DNA of 64,000 nucleotides from Takakia lepidozioides (taxonomy: Eukaryota; Plantae; Bryophyta): NCBI GenBank assembly GCA_030704615.1, contig CM060734.1, forward strand, positions 58,218,001 to 58,282,000, read 5' to 3'. The translations under genes were made by a program, and so were the position numbers. Under the pieces are notes generated by a model, which was not told the origin of the DNA, did not search any database, and saw nothing but the letters and a program-made list of their open reading frames with translations. Positions 51,471-64,000 of the stretch are shown here, piece after piece; position 1 is the first letter of the stretch, and the number at the start of each line of letters is the position of its first letter.

Positions 51471-52651
51471 TAAGGCCACTGTCCCCCTTGCCTAGGGAAA
51501 AAAAAAAAAAAAAAAAAAAAACAAGTTACCTGTAAATAAGGACCAGCAAGGGCACCTCTGTTAAATTATTATTAATTTTAAACAGCTTCTGTTGGTCTTT
51601 ATGTCTTCCCCCGCAAGGTTATTTTTTCCTTGCTTGTCCTCTTTTAAATTTATTCCTATTTTTATTCCAGATAAAAATAAATGTCACAGATTAATATTAA
51701 TTTAAAAGTCACCAAAAACATAAAGTCACATGCTCTTCCCTGATGAGAGAGACTAACTTAGAGTGCCCATGTATTTTCGAGTAACGTGAACGGTGAGAAT
51801 ATATGTTTGGATATGATTGAGGTGTCCAATAAAAATATAGATAAATCAATCACACATGGTAAATTGTTTTTCTCCTTACCTTATTAAATAAAATTATTCA
51901 CCCCTGTTCTGCAGATAAAATAAAATTATAGTCTATATTTTTGACATATTCATTATGTATTTTAATTTCCAAAAATGAAGCGACAGCTGGCACACTTGAG
52001 GCCCTTTCTAGAGGAATGGGAAAAAAGAACCCCCTTTCATTTATGAGCCATCAAACTGTCGGAACCGCAGACTGCAGGGCCACGAAACCAGTTATGTACC
52101 AAACATTACATATTATGTATGAGTTACATATTACACCCGACAAGGTAGCAGGATTTGAGCCCAGCGTCACGTAGGTGGCACACATATGATGACAGGATAT
52201 TAAGAGCACATCTGGGGTCTGGAATATATATATATATATACTTAATATTCAACAGAAAACGAAGTATTCGGGTTTCATCAAAAAAAAAAAAAAAGGAATT
52301 CCATTCTGCTGAGATGGTACATTGCTTAGCGGGATAATGAATGGTTACACGTGTGATTAGCGTTGATTCAAACAGTATTGGGCGGCCTCCTTAATAACTC
52401 CAAGTCAAAGACATGAAGAAGCATGTGCGGTCACAGCCTTCCAAGTTCCACATACTTGAAGCCTGCTTCCGCACACACACTGCCCTGCTCTGCTGCAGGT
52501 ATGTACACACAAGTTCTTGTGCACTCACAGCGATTGGGTGGGTGTGTAAAGCGTACAGAGCTTGTGTTTAAGTCTCTGACAGCGCCAGAGTGGGGGCGGT
52601 TTAATGACGGGCAGCAAGCAAGCCAAAACAAGTTCAAAGCGTTGTCAGGAC

Positions 52652-53149
52652 CAGTGTTGGACTGGTATATAGGTGAAGGACTGGTATAAAGTACTGGTAT
52701 ATGCACTGGTATTAGATACCAGACCAAGTCTGGTATCGGTTGGGGGAATACTTGGTCATATACCAGACCAGCCTGGTATCAGTTTTATCATACAAGCCAC
52801 AATACCAATACTCCCCCGCGGTCTACCTCATTTACTCTGGTATGTGTACCATATTAATTTATGTGTACATTTGCCTCCATATTTGTATTTACTTCTAAAG
52901 CCATCTTGAATTACAAGTTTATCAAACAGCCAGTATCAAGTGAAAATAAATATAATACACATAAAGGATGATACCAGAGTTGATATCTCATACCAGCTGG
53001 TATTGTGGTCATGTTACTCATACTCATACCAGTATGTGGAAAAATATACATCCACCATTATATAGACCAGACTGGTACCAGGCGTATCACAAAGTTTGCA
53101 TACCAGGACCAGTCTGGTATTTAAAAACTTGATACCAGGTCCAACACTG
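52652..53149. mobile_element. hAT-type MITE, 498 bp
   Basis: 11-bp TIR CAGTGTTGGAC/GTCCAACACTG, perfect 8-bp TSD GTCAGGAC (52644-52651, 53150-53157), and many internal CTGGTAT/ATACCAG motifs. Confidence 0.92.
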
Positions 53150-53198
53150 GTCAGGACTCAGCAATTCCTTTGTCAACTTTCTCTCTCTGAATGCATAC

Positions 53199-53488
53199 CA
53201 GTGTTTTTTTTTTCATATTTCCAAAATCGCTGGCGGGGCCACCTGTGAATTCCACCGAGTGCCCATGTGGCGAGAATATCGAGGTGACAAAGTTAGAAAA
53301 GTGGCTATATTCCAGGTGTCACGTTATCATTGGTCCACGTCAGAAAATTAGGCTCCTGAAATTTATCTCCTGGTGCTTTTTGGCGAAAATCTCAGATTTT
53401 ACCCCCCCCCCGTAATCCCTTTGTACAAGTAGCTGACCGAGTTTCCAGGTCGAAATCTGGCGATTTTTCGCCAGAAAGAAAAACACTG
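53199..53488. mobile_element. Second hAT-type MITE, 290 bp
   Basis: TIR CAGTGTTTTT/AAAAACACTG; flanks ATGCATAC and CTGCAGAC match 6 of 8 (decayed TSD). Confidence 0.75.
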
Positions 53489-53524
53489 CTGCAGACCACC
53501 CTGGACTCTGGAGCAGGCTGGCAC

Positions 53525-54271
53525 CAGTGTTTTTCTTAAGAAATTTGGAAAACAGCACGAGTGGCTACAGAGTTTTGCAGAAAATAGCGGTACATTCTGT
53601 TCATCCGCTAAAACTCATCCACCTCTGTACCATAATCCATTTATATCATCCATGTTTGGCGAATTCATCCATAATTTATTTTTTATTCTGAGAGATTTGG
53701 AGATTTCATCCATAGAAAGGCAGGGGATTTGCGACAGAATATTCTATTTTATTTTATTTTTTGGGGTCGAAATCTGGCAGAAATTCGCCAATAAAAAAAC
53801 CTTCAAACTTCATATGGTGTTGTATAGAACTTATTCGGACTAGGGGTAAGATCAGAATGTTCCCCACCAAACTAGAAGCTGTTTTGAGGATTACTTACCC
53901 GGGCATAGGCAGATATTTCTTAGTCTATGGCAAGATGTTGGATACTATCATATTCCGAATAACTCAATCCTTGTTTCTGCCCACAATAGGGGTAATGGAC
54001 GGGTATTGCCTTTGGCAATACCAGCTGGTCCGGTTATTAATCCTAGTATTGGAATTGCCCATACCAGCCGGTTCGTATTAACCCTAGTATTACAATAGCC
54101 AATACCAGCCGGGTCGGTTATTCAATACCCTGGTTGATATCTGGTCAGACCCTATATACCAGTCCAACACTCATATGAACGGACCTCAAGGGCAGGTCTG
54201 CGCTGCCAAAGATGTTTTTAAGAAACAAAATGAGAAGCCCAAAACGGGCCTGGTGGGTACTTAAGGGTTAA
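53525..54271. mobile_element. Truncated MITE pieces and an orphan piggyBac-type terminus
   Basis: CAGTGTTTTT start at 53525; ATACCAG repeats ending GTCCAACACT at about 54171; GCCCAAAACGGGCC...CTTAAGGG-TTAA at 54237-54271 resembles the terminus at 20394-20428. Confidence 0.55.
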
Positions 54272-55019
54272 GTATACTTGGAAACGTGGGACAATACTAC
54301 ATGTTCTACATGGGCAACAATTGATCCTGAAGATCAATGGTCATGGTCATTAACACTGCGTTTATTATTGATTGATAGTACTTACCCTAAGTGAGACTGA
54401 ATTTCTCATTATCTGTGTAACGAAGCACAAATGTACCCCTGCCTAGCTGCAGTTGGCCATGTTACAGGCACCACTTCAGTGTTGTTACTACAGAGCCATG
54501 GAAGCAGGAGTCTACTGAATCTCTTCATGAGTTTGGTAGTCAAACTGATGACTTCAGACTGAAGATTAAAGTGAAATTTACCCTCCAAGAACAGTACTCA
54601 CGTTCTGAAGCAATACGTCGATGGTTATGCTATTTGGATCCTTGGGCTCTTGCTCATCCTTGAAGCCCACAGCATTTGTCACCTCAACTATTTTACAGAG
54701 CCATCCACTAATCGGCAACTCTGCAGCTTTACCATGCTTCACCCTATTGTGCATGCTGCCTCCCATCCAAAGAGAAACCTCTGTTGCATACAAAAGTCAA
54801 GCAAATAATTAAAAGTCTTATGCAAGCTGTGTTAGAATTAGTAAGGCTCCAACACTTTCGCCCTTACTTGCTGGTTTTATGGCCAATTGGCCACAGAACA
54901 CTAAATTTAAGTTACGTGTGGCCTGCTCTACACGAAAACACAACAGCTGCACCAGACAGAATATTTTGTTGCAGATAAGATGAACTGTCAAATTGCTGCA
55001 CACTGATACTTAGAGCATT

Positions 55020-58000
55020 TCAGCATACACAACATCGTCCCACACGATTGCTTCGGGTAATCCTGGACCAGAGATGTGCTTCAGGCAGCTTAAGCACTCG
55101 CGCTATTTCAATGAAAATATTCCTTACTGTGCTGGATAAAGCGTGTGACATAAAGATGAAGTCGAGATCTAGAGGCGGCTTACACTGAGTTGCAGCCTGT
55201 AGGTCACGCTCAAGCACCACAAGGAGCTCTTCAAATTCCCCATAATTCTCCTGAGACTGCAGGCAGTACATAAACAAGCAGGTGCATTGGAAACATTTAT
55301 GAACGATAATGGCAACATCAAGTGTGGGTGGAAACCAAAGTAAATATACAAACTGCACCTGTAGAGTGGTGCTGTAGGCATGCCATAGCCGCATATCTCC
55401 ACGGAATACCTCGAACAATACCTTCAAACTCCAGAATTACACATCAAAAGAGTTGGAGAGTTGATTGAGGAGAGACAATGGCATACATACAGAAGGCATA
55501 GCAAAAATAGTACAACTGTTGTTTCTTGTGTACAGGCTTTAGCATGGAATAGAGAAAAGACCAGCTAAAATCAGTAAGCATAAAGAGAGAGCCAGCAACG
55601 ATACATAACCGTAAACTACTGGACTTCCTCAATCTCAACCCTCCAAATCACACCCAAAAAATAATTCCACAGGAAAACAGAAACTCACCACTCATAGAAG
55701 ACAAACCATCTCACAATTATAAGCAATTCACAAGTCTATCTTATACCTCAACGCGTCTTAAGAGTGTGGCAAGAACTACAATCCACTCTCGAAAGCCAAC
55801 AGTGCGCATGTGTGCAAGCAGAAACTCAGCATCCAACCGACCCTGCAACTCATTCATGCCCAGCTGCAACCACAACACAAAGGAATGTGGGAGAGTACAC
55901 TCAAAAGCCCCTGGTAGTGCAAAGGAAGGGGGTACGGATGGGAGGAGAAGAAAATGAAGCCCACTTGGTATCACGGAAAACTCTTTTGAGAAGCGCAAGT
56001 TAATACTAGCCTTCCAGAATTTTTCAGTATTTACACTAGACCCAAGGAAGGCCATGCCTTTTGGCAATTGTCTCGCACCTCCCGAACTGAATGAGGGGAG
56101 ATTCACTTTTTTTCGTTTCCGTCACCCAAAAGAGTACCTATTGCATGGGTCAGAAATGTTTGCCATCCTCATCCTCATGCCCACAACTCAAACACGTGTG
56201 GTCTCTCTTTGTAGCCTATGTAGCTGTGTTAGGAGAGTGCAACCTCCCCCTGCCCCGATGATTGACAGGATGCATTTGAAGAATTCCTCTGGCTGTTGCT
56301 GCTTCAACAAAATTCCACTTGATTTCAGCTATTGAAAGACCCTGCTGAGGCATTTGAGTTCAGTGGCTATTTAGTTCCCTAGGTTCTTGTTTTTGCAGCT
56401 CTGCATCTTCTTGCTCTTTCTTGGAAGTGATTGCTTTGAATAGTCTCCCTAATTAGGCTGCACTCCGGGTGATTCAGGTGGTAGTCCCTAAGGATTAGTA
56501 GTTCTTGGCTAGCCAAGATTGTGAGAACATTTTCAAGTTTATAAACTTTGTGCTGGTGTGCTTTTCCGTTTCCTCCTTCGAGTTTTTGGAATTACTGAAA
56601 AGGGAGGCAAAAGGACAACCTGGGATATTTTCCCTCTACCTTGCCACAAAAAAAGAACAAAGGAGAGTCAAGTAAGAAAGATGAAAGAGGCATGTACCTT
56701 GTAACCAATTATTTGAAGAGCAGAAGAGAAGTCTTCCAAACGGGCTGACTTTCCTCGCTCCGTGCGCAGAAATGCCTGCCATATCATCCGCCAGTTAAAA
56801 TGGGTGTGAATGTTTACAACCTCCCCCAGCAGCGAATAAGATCAAACCGTTCCAGTCAATCTTCCCTTCCTCCTCTCTTTCTCACTGCTCTTCTCCAGCA
56901 CAGTGTGACACCGCAAGTTTGGACTAGACCAGCAGTGCTGCAATCAACATTGTGATTTATAGTATGATGTCTAAACATCTAGAACTTGGAAAAGTGCCAA
57001 TTGGGGTTTCTCTCACAGTACCATGCTGATAAAAGTTGACTATCCAAAAAAGAATTTGCAGCATTACCAGGTTTTTACTGTCATACACTGCCAACTTACA
57101 GTCAGGTCGAATTGTGTTCCCTTCACAAAAGCCACAAGCTCCCGCAACTCCTTCCTACCCATAAGATGGATGGCATGGTCCTCCAGTATCGTCTTTACTG
57201 TGGCATAATTCATATCTGTTGCCACCATTGGAGTGCTGCAGAAAGCCCAACATAGATACTACGAAGTTAGACAAAATACTATAACTTCGGCTGATTAAGA
57301 AAGACACTGCACCTTCACCTTCACCTTCCTTCTGCGTCTCTAAGGCCCCAGAGAACTTACTGAAAACAGCACCAGTGGCACATTCCGATGATTGTGATCC
57401 GTATAAATGGGAATAGAAATATGCCTGGAGGTCAAGCCCAAGAAGAAGGATGAAAAAAGACTGTTACTGTATCGATCAGCTTCCTTCTCTGCAAATTCAC
57501 CCTCTCTCCCACATCGTAGCAAGAAACGCACCTGACAGCATATCACTCAGTCAAAAGCCTCACCGAGTAGTGTTTAGAAACGCACTCAAAACACCTCCAT
57601 GCAACACTCCGAGATGTATGTAGTACATTCGCTAATATTAATCATCTCTTTCTACAAATGTTGTCAACTTGCTCTTTGATAGAATCAATTGTGCTTCCTG
57701 GAAGACTTTCAACCCCAAATACAGGTCAAAGGGGTTGAACCACCGGTACAAAACCAAACAGTAGTAAACATGTTTGGCCTGCTAGTTGTATCAAACATAG
57801 GACAGAAGAGAGGGAGAAAAAAGCACACCAATTCTCCTGCGAGCTCGTACATCGAAACTTCCAGGGTGGCCTGCATCATCATGCCCCCAACCGTGAAGTG
57901 TGGTTGGGCATATTTCTTAAGAGTTTTAACATCATCTGAGGAAAGACAGACTGCACAGAGAGGGAGAGAGTGAGAGGGAATGCCCTTTCGTATTTTGACT

Positions 58001-61000
58001 ATACAAACAAGAAAATGTGTCACAATTGTGTTTGCCAGTGTTAGAATCACATTAGGAGCTTAAAAGATGTCATCATGTATCTCCAAACGCATCTATTCTT
58101 TTCCCTTCTCTGGCTCTCCTCTAACTACGACTGAATTGTCTGCCTACTGCACATCCGCACGTGGATTCAATCGTAGCAAACAGTTTCTCACTCTCCTCAC
58201 CTGATTCATAGCCTGATAGAGTAGCGAAAGCAAAAACATCATGAAACTGAATGCCAATGGAGGGGACAGGGGGAACACCTTGAGTAAGCGAAGAGCACTC
58301 TGCTGGCTTATTGTTGATCCTTCCAGTTTCTCAATGACCTGACCAGAAATTCACATCTCAACTTCCTGTATCCCAGCTGTTTAGATTGACAGACCCTCCT
58401 TCCTACCCACTACAGTCCCCTAGGTTCAACCTGACCCACTTTCAATTTCTAGCTCCTGTAGAATTGGACAGACTAGAATTTTTGAACCAAATTTAGTGGT
58501 TGGGAACTGCAGGATCATCTATCTCTATTTCCTATAGCGTAAGTTCCCCTCACCAAGATGTAACAAGTGGCTGTGCGGTACAAACCCTTCTGAAAACACT
58601 TTTCAAACAACCTGCCACCAAAGCAAGATGGAGAGTCAGCAAACAACACGGTTCCATGAAGGTTTCTCTCAAATAAATTTGCAGAGAACAGTCCATTCAA
58701 AGCATACTGCAGTATCACTTACTGTGTATTAAGGAACAGCAGAGCTTCAAAAGTCTGTGGCTCTACTTGCCAAGCAGCATAGAAATCACTTGACCACACA
58801 GGAGATGAGCTCATTTTGCAATCTCACTTAGTCCACTCACCTCCCTTGAATCCTCCTTTTGTCCTTCCTATAAAGAGAGACTGGTGCCAAATCAGATCCA
58901 CGTGTGGAGGAGTACATACTCAGTTGACTTGCCGGCCACAGCAAAAAGCTCAGGCCAATGGCGACTATCCGTCTTCCGTGCTACGCTAACCAAAACATCC
59001 AAATACTCCGAGAAATTGTGAATCAAATTGCAGACTTGCTGCAACAACAATGGAATGGTCCTCTTCACCGGACCAGCTGTCCCCCGCTTTTTGTTCATAT
59101 TCTGACTGCATAGACAAAAATAACCCAACCAAGAAGCTATGACAGGCCGGACCAGAGTGGAAAGAGCTTGATGGTGGAGTACAGCCTTGCTGTCTGTACA
59201 TTTCCTTTACGTCAAGAACAAGCTAACAAACCCACCCCTGCTGCAGCTAACCACGGAAGTCTTTATCATCCTCATATACTGCTTTATGCGGACTTCCGTC
59301 ATTAAGCAAACATAGGGGTTACATAGGCCAAAACAAGCTGAAGTGGAAGATTCAAAACTGACGATGTGCATTACCTGGACATTATGGCATCAAATACAGT
59401 GAAAAGAAGCCATTCCAGTGAATGCGAGAAGTGGGGCCTGCCTTCTGACAACCTTGCCAGCTGAACTGCCTCCTCCACTTTGTTCCTCTGGACATGAAGG
59501 TTAACCAATCCACAACACAGATTCATACAGTTCTACCAACTCCATTTGAAAGAAACAATCCTATGGCGAGATAGCGAGACAAAGAAAGGAAAGAAAAACT
59601 TAAAACCCACGGCAGGGTTCTGTGAGCCCCTAAGTTAGAGAGAAAAGAGAGACAAGACAAAGAAGATCTTTAGTTAAGTCCATGAGAGGCCAGAGGGCCA
59701 TACAACACAGGAGGAGAGAAGAACAAGAAATTTTCCGTCCACAGCGAGCGCGACAGAGATTAGCACCCTTGGCATCCTCTGTTGCCTTTTGTGGCCTCTT
59801 GATCATTGGGGATCTTTTCCACTAGATTGAGGTGTGTTACGTGAGGAGGTTTTCTACTAACAGTTCATCTGTGGTCTTGCTATAGTGTCCACTATGTTGC
59901 AGTTCCTGTCATAGAGTCATTTGAATTTTCAAGTGCCCTTCAAGCCAACAGCCAGAAGGAGGGCAGGCAGGTGGCGCCGTGCACCCAGGTCTCAAGGAGG
60001 GGGCTCTGTCCTGGAGACCACTTTGGTTTCCACTCCTACCTTCAGTGGCCTGACCAGATCAACCCACCTTCAGAGCTAACGGGAGACTGAGGACCCCACC
60101 CCTCGGCGTGTTATAGGATTCTTCCAAGCAGCTTCATGTCAGAGCATTCCTCTTCAGTCTGTACTAGGGCCTTTGGATCTGGAAGTGGCTTGTGCTGCAA
60201 GATGGATGTAGAGGTTGGGCTCCTTTTCCAGCTGCCACTTCCCCCTTTGTTATTGCCAGCTTTGCTAGGTATTTCTGGAAAGGTTTTCTCTGAAGTCTGG
60301 TCTGGGTCTTGGCCATCCCTCTTCATGAAATTCAAAAAGTTGCCTTCTCAGTTGTTGAGGTGCTTCATGTGGAGGTTTTCTCCTAAAGTTTTATATGAGG
60401 TCTTGCCCCTTTTAAGACAAACAGAAAAACAACAGAGAGAATCACTGCCGATGTACTATCAACATCCTTATGTAACCAACAGCAGTAACAACAAGAGTCA
60501 AACCTGCAGCAGATGCCGAAGTAAGCAAGGCAAAATGGGTTGGGCTTGCGGAGTGGGTTCAAAGCAGGGCATATCAGCACAACCAGACAGAGAAAGACGC
60601 TGTGAGATCCCCACAATAACTCCAGCACCAGGACACAAACCAAGCGGGTAAACTTCCCGATCGAAGTCTAGCTCCGGATCCAGCTGCACAAGAATCAACA
60701 CAGGTATTTAACTCAAAAAGTTACTTTCTAACTCTCTCTCTCCCCCTCCCCTATGAGGCACTCATCAGGCACTGCCTACAGTTCTTACCATCCTGCATGT
60801 GCCAGGAATTAGCAGAAAACGTCTGATGGTTGAGGAGGGTGGACAAATTCTTTCATAGACACAATCTAAGTACATAGATCTTTGGAAGATCCATGTACAG
60901 ACAACATGGAGACCTGAACACCAGCTCTCAACTACTTCCACGTCATCAGGGATGAGCAAATAAATAAATAAATGAGGACTCTTGCCGAAGCAAGGTAACC

Positions 61001-63640
61001 TATGGTGTCACTTCACCCCGAAGGGCTACTGCCTTCTGCTTGGAAGGTGGACACCGTAACCAAGGCATCGCGGTTGCCCAACCCTCCCCAAGGGAATCGA
61101 AACACATCAAGTACCGGTTGACCCAATTACCCCCCTTTATTGCTGGGTTGGCAACAATGGGTAACATCCAACATAGACCTATGTGGCTTTGAACCCACGA
61201 CCACTTGTAAGGCGGCCTTGTGCCCTAACCACTGGGCCATCTGTTGGATGCTTCAGGGATACGCATATAGACATGCATCCTTAACTCCTGGAAGTTCTCC
61301 ACATCCCTCACGAGGGCAGTAGACACCTGCCAAGTCAATTGTCACAGGGTACAGATTGAGACAGGGCAATGGAATGAAGACACTCACCAAGGCTAGGATC
61401 TGTCCTCTATACCCTGGAAGTAAACACAGTAGCATTTCTTTTCTCTAGTCATACATACTAATAGATCCAGGGTAGATACTATACAGTTTTCTTAATTTCT
61501 TTTTGTCAAGGACATAGCCACCAGTTCCATGGTGACACTTTCCAACTGTTCAAGTTCTTGGATCCAGATCCAAATACACAAGAAGTAACACTCTCCAAAG
61601 TGTGTTTTGACTGTTATACCCTCAAAATAGGTTGTGAATAAAAAGCAGAACAAACCTGAGGACCTAGATACTTTCCAAACACACATTACGCGAAAGCTTT
61701 AAGCAGCATGTCCAATATTGTATCACTTTCTATGACATGGAGATCAGAGCACTGTGCAAGGAATGATGAGTTGAAGCCAGGTCGCAATGAGCTTATTGAA
61801 AGAAACAGAGGACCATTTTTCGAACCTGAAGTAAGTCGTGGGCTTGACTTGTATCAGCACTGGACGAGGGATACCAAACCTGGCAACAAATTTCAATCAA
61901 ATCCTCACTTTCTGATGACAACATGACAGCTACTTAACACCATAGAGGCTACCAATTAAATTGCTACAAGACAGATCTTCATGCCTGGTGCCAAGAATCT
62001 TCTATTGCAGTCCTCAAATGTTCACAGCACAACAAACACACCTGCATGCCACGATGACCGTAAGCCCACCACGGAACTTCTTTGATCAGGTCAGCTTCCT
62101 CCTTTGGCCGCCCACAACTCAGCCAGAAACGCTCAATGCCGGAAACAAGAAGGCGTTCATTCCCTTGGTCCAAGTCCAGCAAAGAGAGCTCTCCATCTGT
62201 GCGTAGAATGATGCACCTACAGGAAGTGTCACATTTATGTGCATTAGAACAGAAGCACACCGAGTGGCCTTCGTATTAAAATATCTGTCTCAAACTAAAA
62301 AAACTGTGGTCTAACAGAAGTACAATAATCATAAAGTGAACCAAAGTCTCAGAAGACCCCATGACAACAGGGTTCCCCTTGAGTTTTGAGGGGTGACAAC
62401 TGGTGAGCGCTTATGACAACATTCTGCATCTTTTGTATGTTCCAAGTTTAAAAAGGCACAGCAATTTTGGCAGGACAATTTACAAATGACTTGCTTCCAA
62501 GCTGATGCTCCACGCCCTCCATATATAAAACAGACGTAGAGGAGCAGATGGTACCTGGTCGGTTGCTTGGACACAGCTTCAGCAGACAACTCCCTCCCGC
62601 TGTCAGAATTGGGCCCAGCATGAGGACTATCCCATGCATTTGTAGTTAGCCCATCACCTGCCCCAATATTTGGTACAAAATGCATGGCAGCTGGGGGCTT
62701 CCTTGCACTCATAATTGAGAGGTCACGCACTGTGTACAGCTGTGGCACCACACAGATGCTTCAGAGCAGCTTACAAACAGCATAGAATCGAAATGAGGAC
62801 TGGCAAGGTACTGGTTCATAGAGGAGACTTCATGGGGACACCATCTATATTTCCTTGCATTACACCAGCAGGTGACTCCAACAATTTGTACCTTCTGGCT
62901 CAGACTAACCTGTACAGATGATGCCTTCAGTGGAGACAGTGTGCCTTGGACATGCACCTTGAACACGCAAACGTCAAAGGGAGGACATGTAACCAGAATG
63001 TAGTCTTGCCAGACATCCATAGCTATAGGCTTGCCTAGCAGCTGCTTGCGACACAGCAGCGAGGTTTCATCCAAATGGTAGCGTGGATACAGACTCAGCT
63101 CACACCTGCACTCTTGCAAAATTACGTCAACTCTCACAGAGAGATTGTGTGCACTGTGTTGGGCCTGTAGCATGGATGCAAAGCACCCAGTATAGATATA
63201 CCTCCACCCTTATGGGAACCTATCCACACATATCCAACTTGTTTACTATGGCAGTCACTCTGAGGCATAACGTATGTACATGCACTTAAAGCATGTCTGA
63301 AAGCTGGCTTAGTCTCATGCTAGGAACCAAGAGGTCAAAGAGGCAGGGTGAAATAAGGACACCAGAAGTGTGGTTCTGAGTTCAGCAAGTCTCACGATTT
63401 TGACACCTCCCGGTAGTTGCACAGCACGACTATCTTCCCTAGCCACACGAGACCGACGCAATGCACTTGCCGCTCCTGTGTTACATCCCCAAACACCCGC
63501 CATTTTCTGGTCTGCAAATCGTAAAGAATCAGGCCCTGATGGCCCGCAATTGCAAGATAGGTCCCATCGGCTGCTACATGCATGACTGGCCAATTCACCC
63601 CAATATATGATTGCTGCAGTACCATAAAGACAGTTAGCAA
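55020..63640 (-). CDS. RIC1: RIC1 / RAB6A-GEF complex partner protein 1, 3' exons (5' part lies beyond the window)
   Basis: Exons NWPVMHVAA..KWRVFGDVTQE, LYPRYHLD, FDREVYPLG..QPILPCLLRHLLQ, PHFSHSLEWLLF, VARKTDSRHWPELF and YRTATCYILV. Exact last exon and stop are uncertain. Confidence 0.92.
59700..60420 (-). mobile_element. Decayed LINE ORF1-like remnant in a RIC1 intron
   Basis: Stop-riddled coding-like sequence with LLGRIL...WKPKWSP..LLETWV, resembling plant L1 ORF1; weak support. Confidence 0.35.
60958..61245 (-). mobile_element. tRNA-derived SINE in a RIC1 intron
   Basis: Minus-strand A box TGGCCCAGTGG, B box GGTTCAAAGCC and a (TTTA)n tail at about 60958-60973. Confidence 0.65.
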
Positions 63641-64000
63641 ACAAATGACAGCACATCAAAAGATAAACGGATCTTGAAGGTTCTCGTACAATACCTTTAA
63701 CTGCACTAGCGACCTTTAACCAAGCAGCCAAACTACAAATTGGAATGTTGTTCGAAGTCGCTCACTGAGGAACTTAAGGAGAAGGGGCGGGGTGGAGGAG
63801 GCGGGAGACACATGGAGAGCTTAGTCGTGAGACCAAAGCTGATTGTACCTGATCCTCATGAGACCTGCTTAGCAAGAGGGAGGAGGAAGTAAAGATACAG
63901 AGAAAATAGACGCACACAAACAGTCCGGTAGACAAATAGGAGTACACCCCAACACAAACTTGAAGTCACACTTGCAACTCACGGGAATAATAAGATAGTG

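Noticed and set aside
56040-56640. Gag-like remnant in a RIC1 intron
   Set aside because: Only a partial CxxC is visible; too degraded to call.

Overview
Eukaryotic nuclear DNA from a land plant, most likely a bryophyte (inferred from the gene set and transposon types). Bases 1-20.4 kb are a nest of decayed mobile elements: a SWIM-finger DNA transposon, a head-to-tail Helitron-like dimer, an RLE-type (Dualen/RandI-like) LINE, a putative >12-kb Sola-like element and a piggyBac. The Sola-like element carries a DDE transposase remnant, several tandem arrays, an array of GGACCTAGGTCC-centred palindromes and a spliced gene with a ParB/Srx-like (IGGQH) domain. Bases 20.9-64 kb hold host genes: an MscS-like channel, a WAK pseudogene, a chlorophyllase fragment, a ribosomal protein bS21, a scrambled PLS-DYW PPR pseudogene, an intronless rhomboid protease, EMS1 and the 3' part of RIC1, plus MITEs and SINEs. 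Two observations stand out: (1) the ParB-like cargo gene next to the palindrome array inside the large element; (2) a 1262-bp insertion with a perfect 5-bp target-site duplication whose two ends are inverted copies of a tRNA-containing LTR, joined to copia pol fragments at microhomologies. All family assignments come from motif recognition; no database searches were run.
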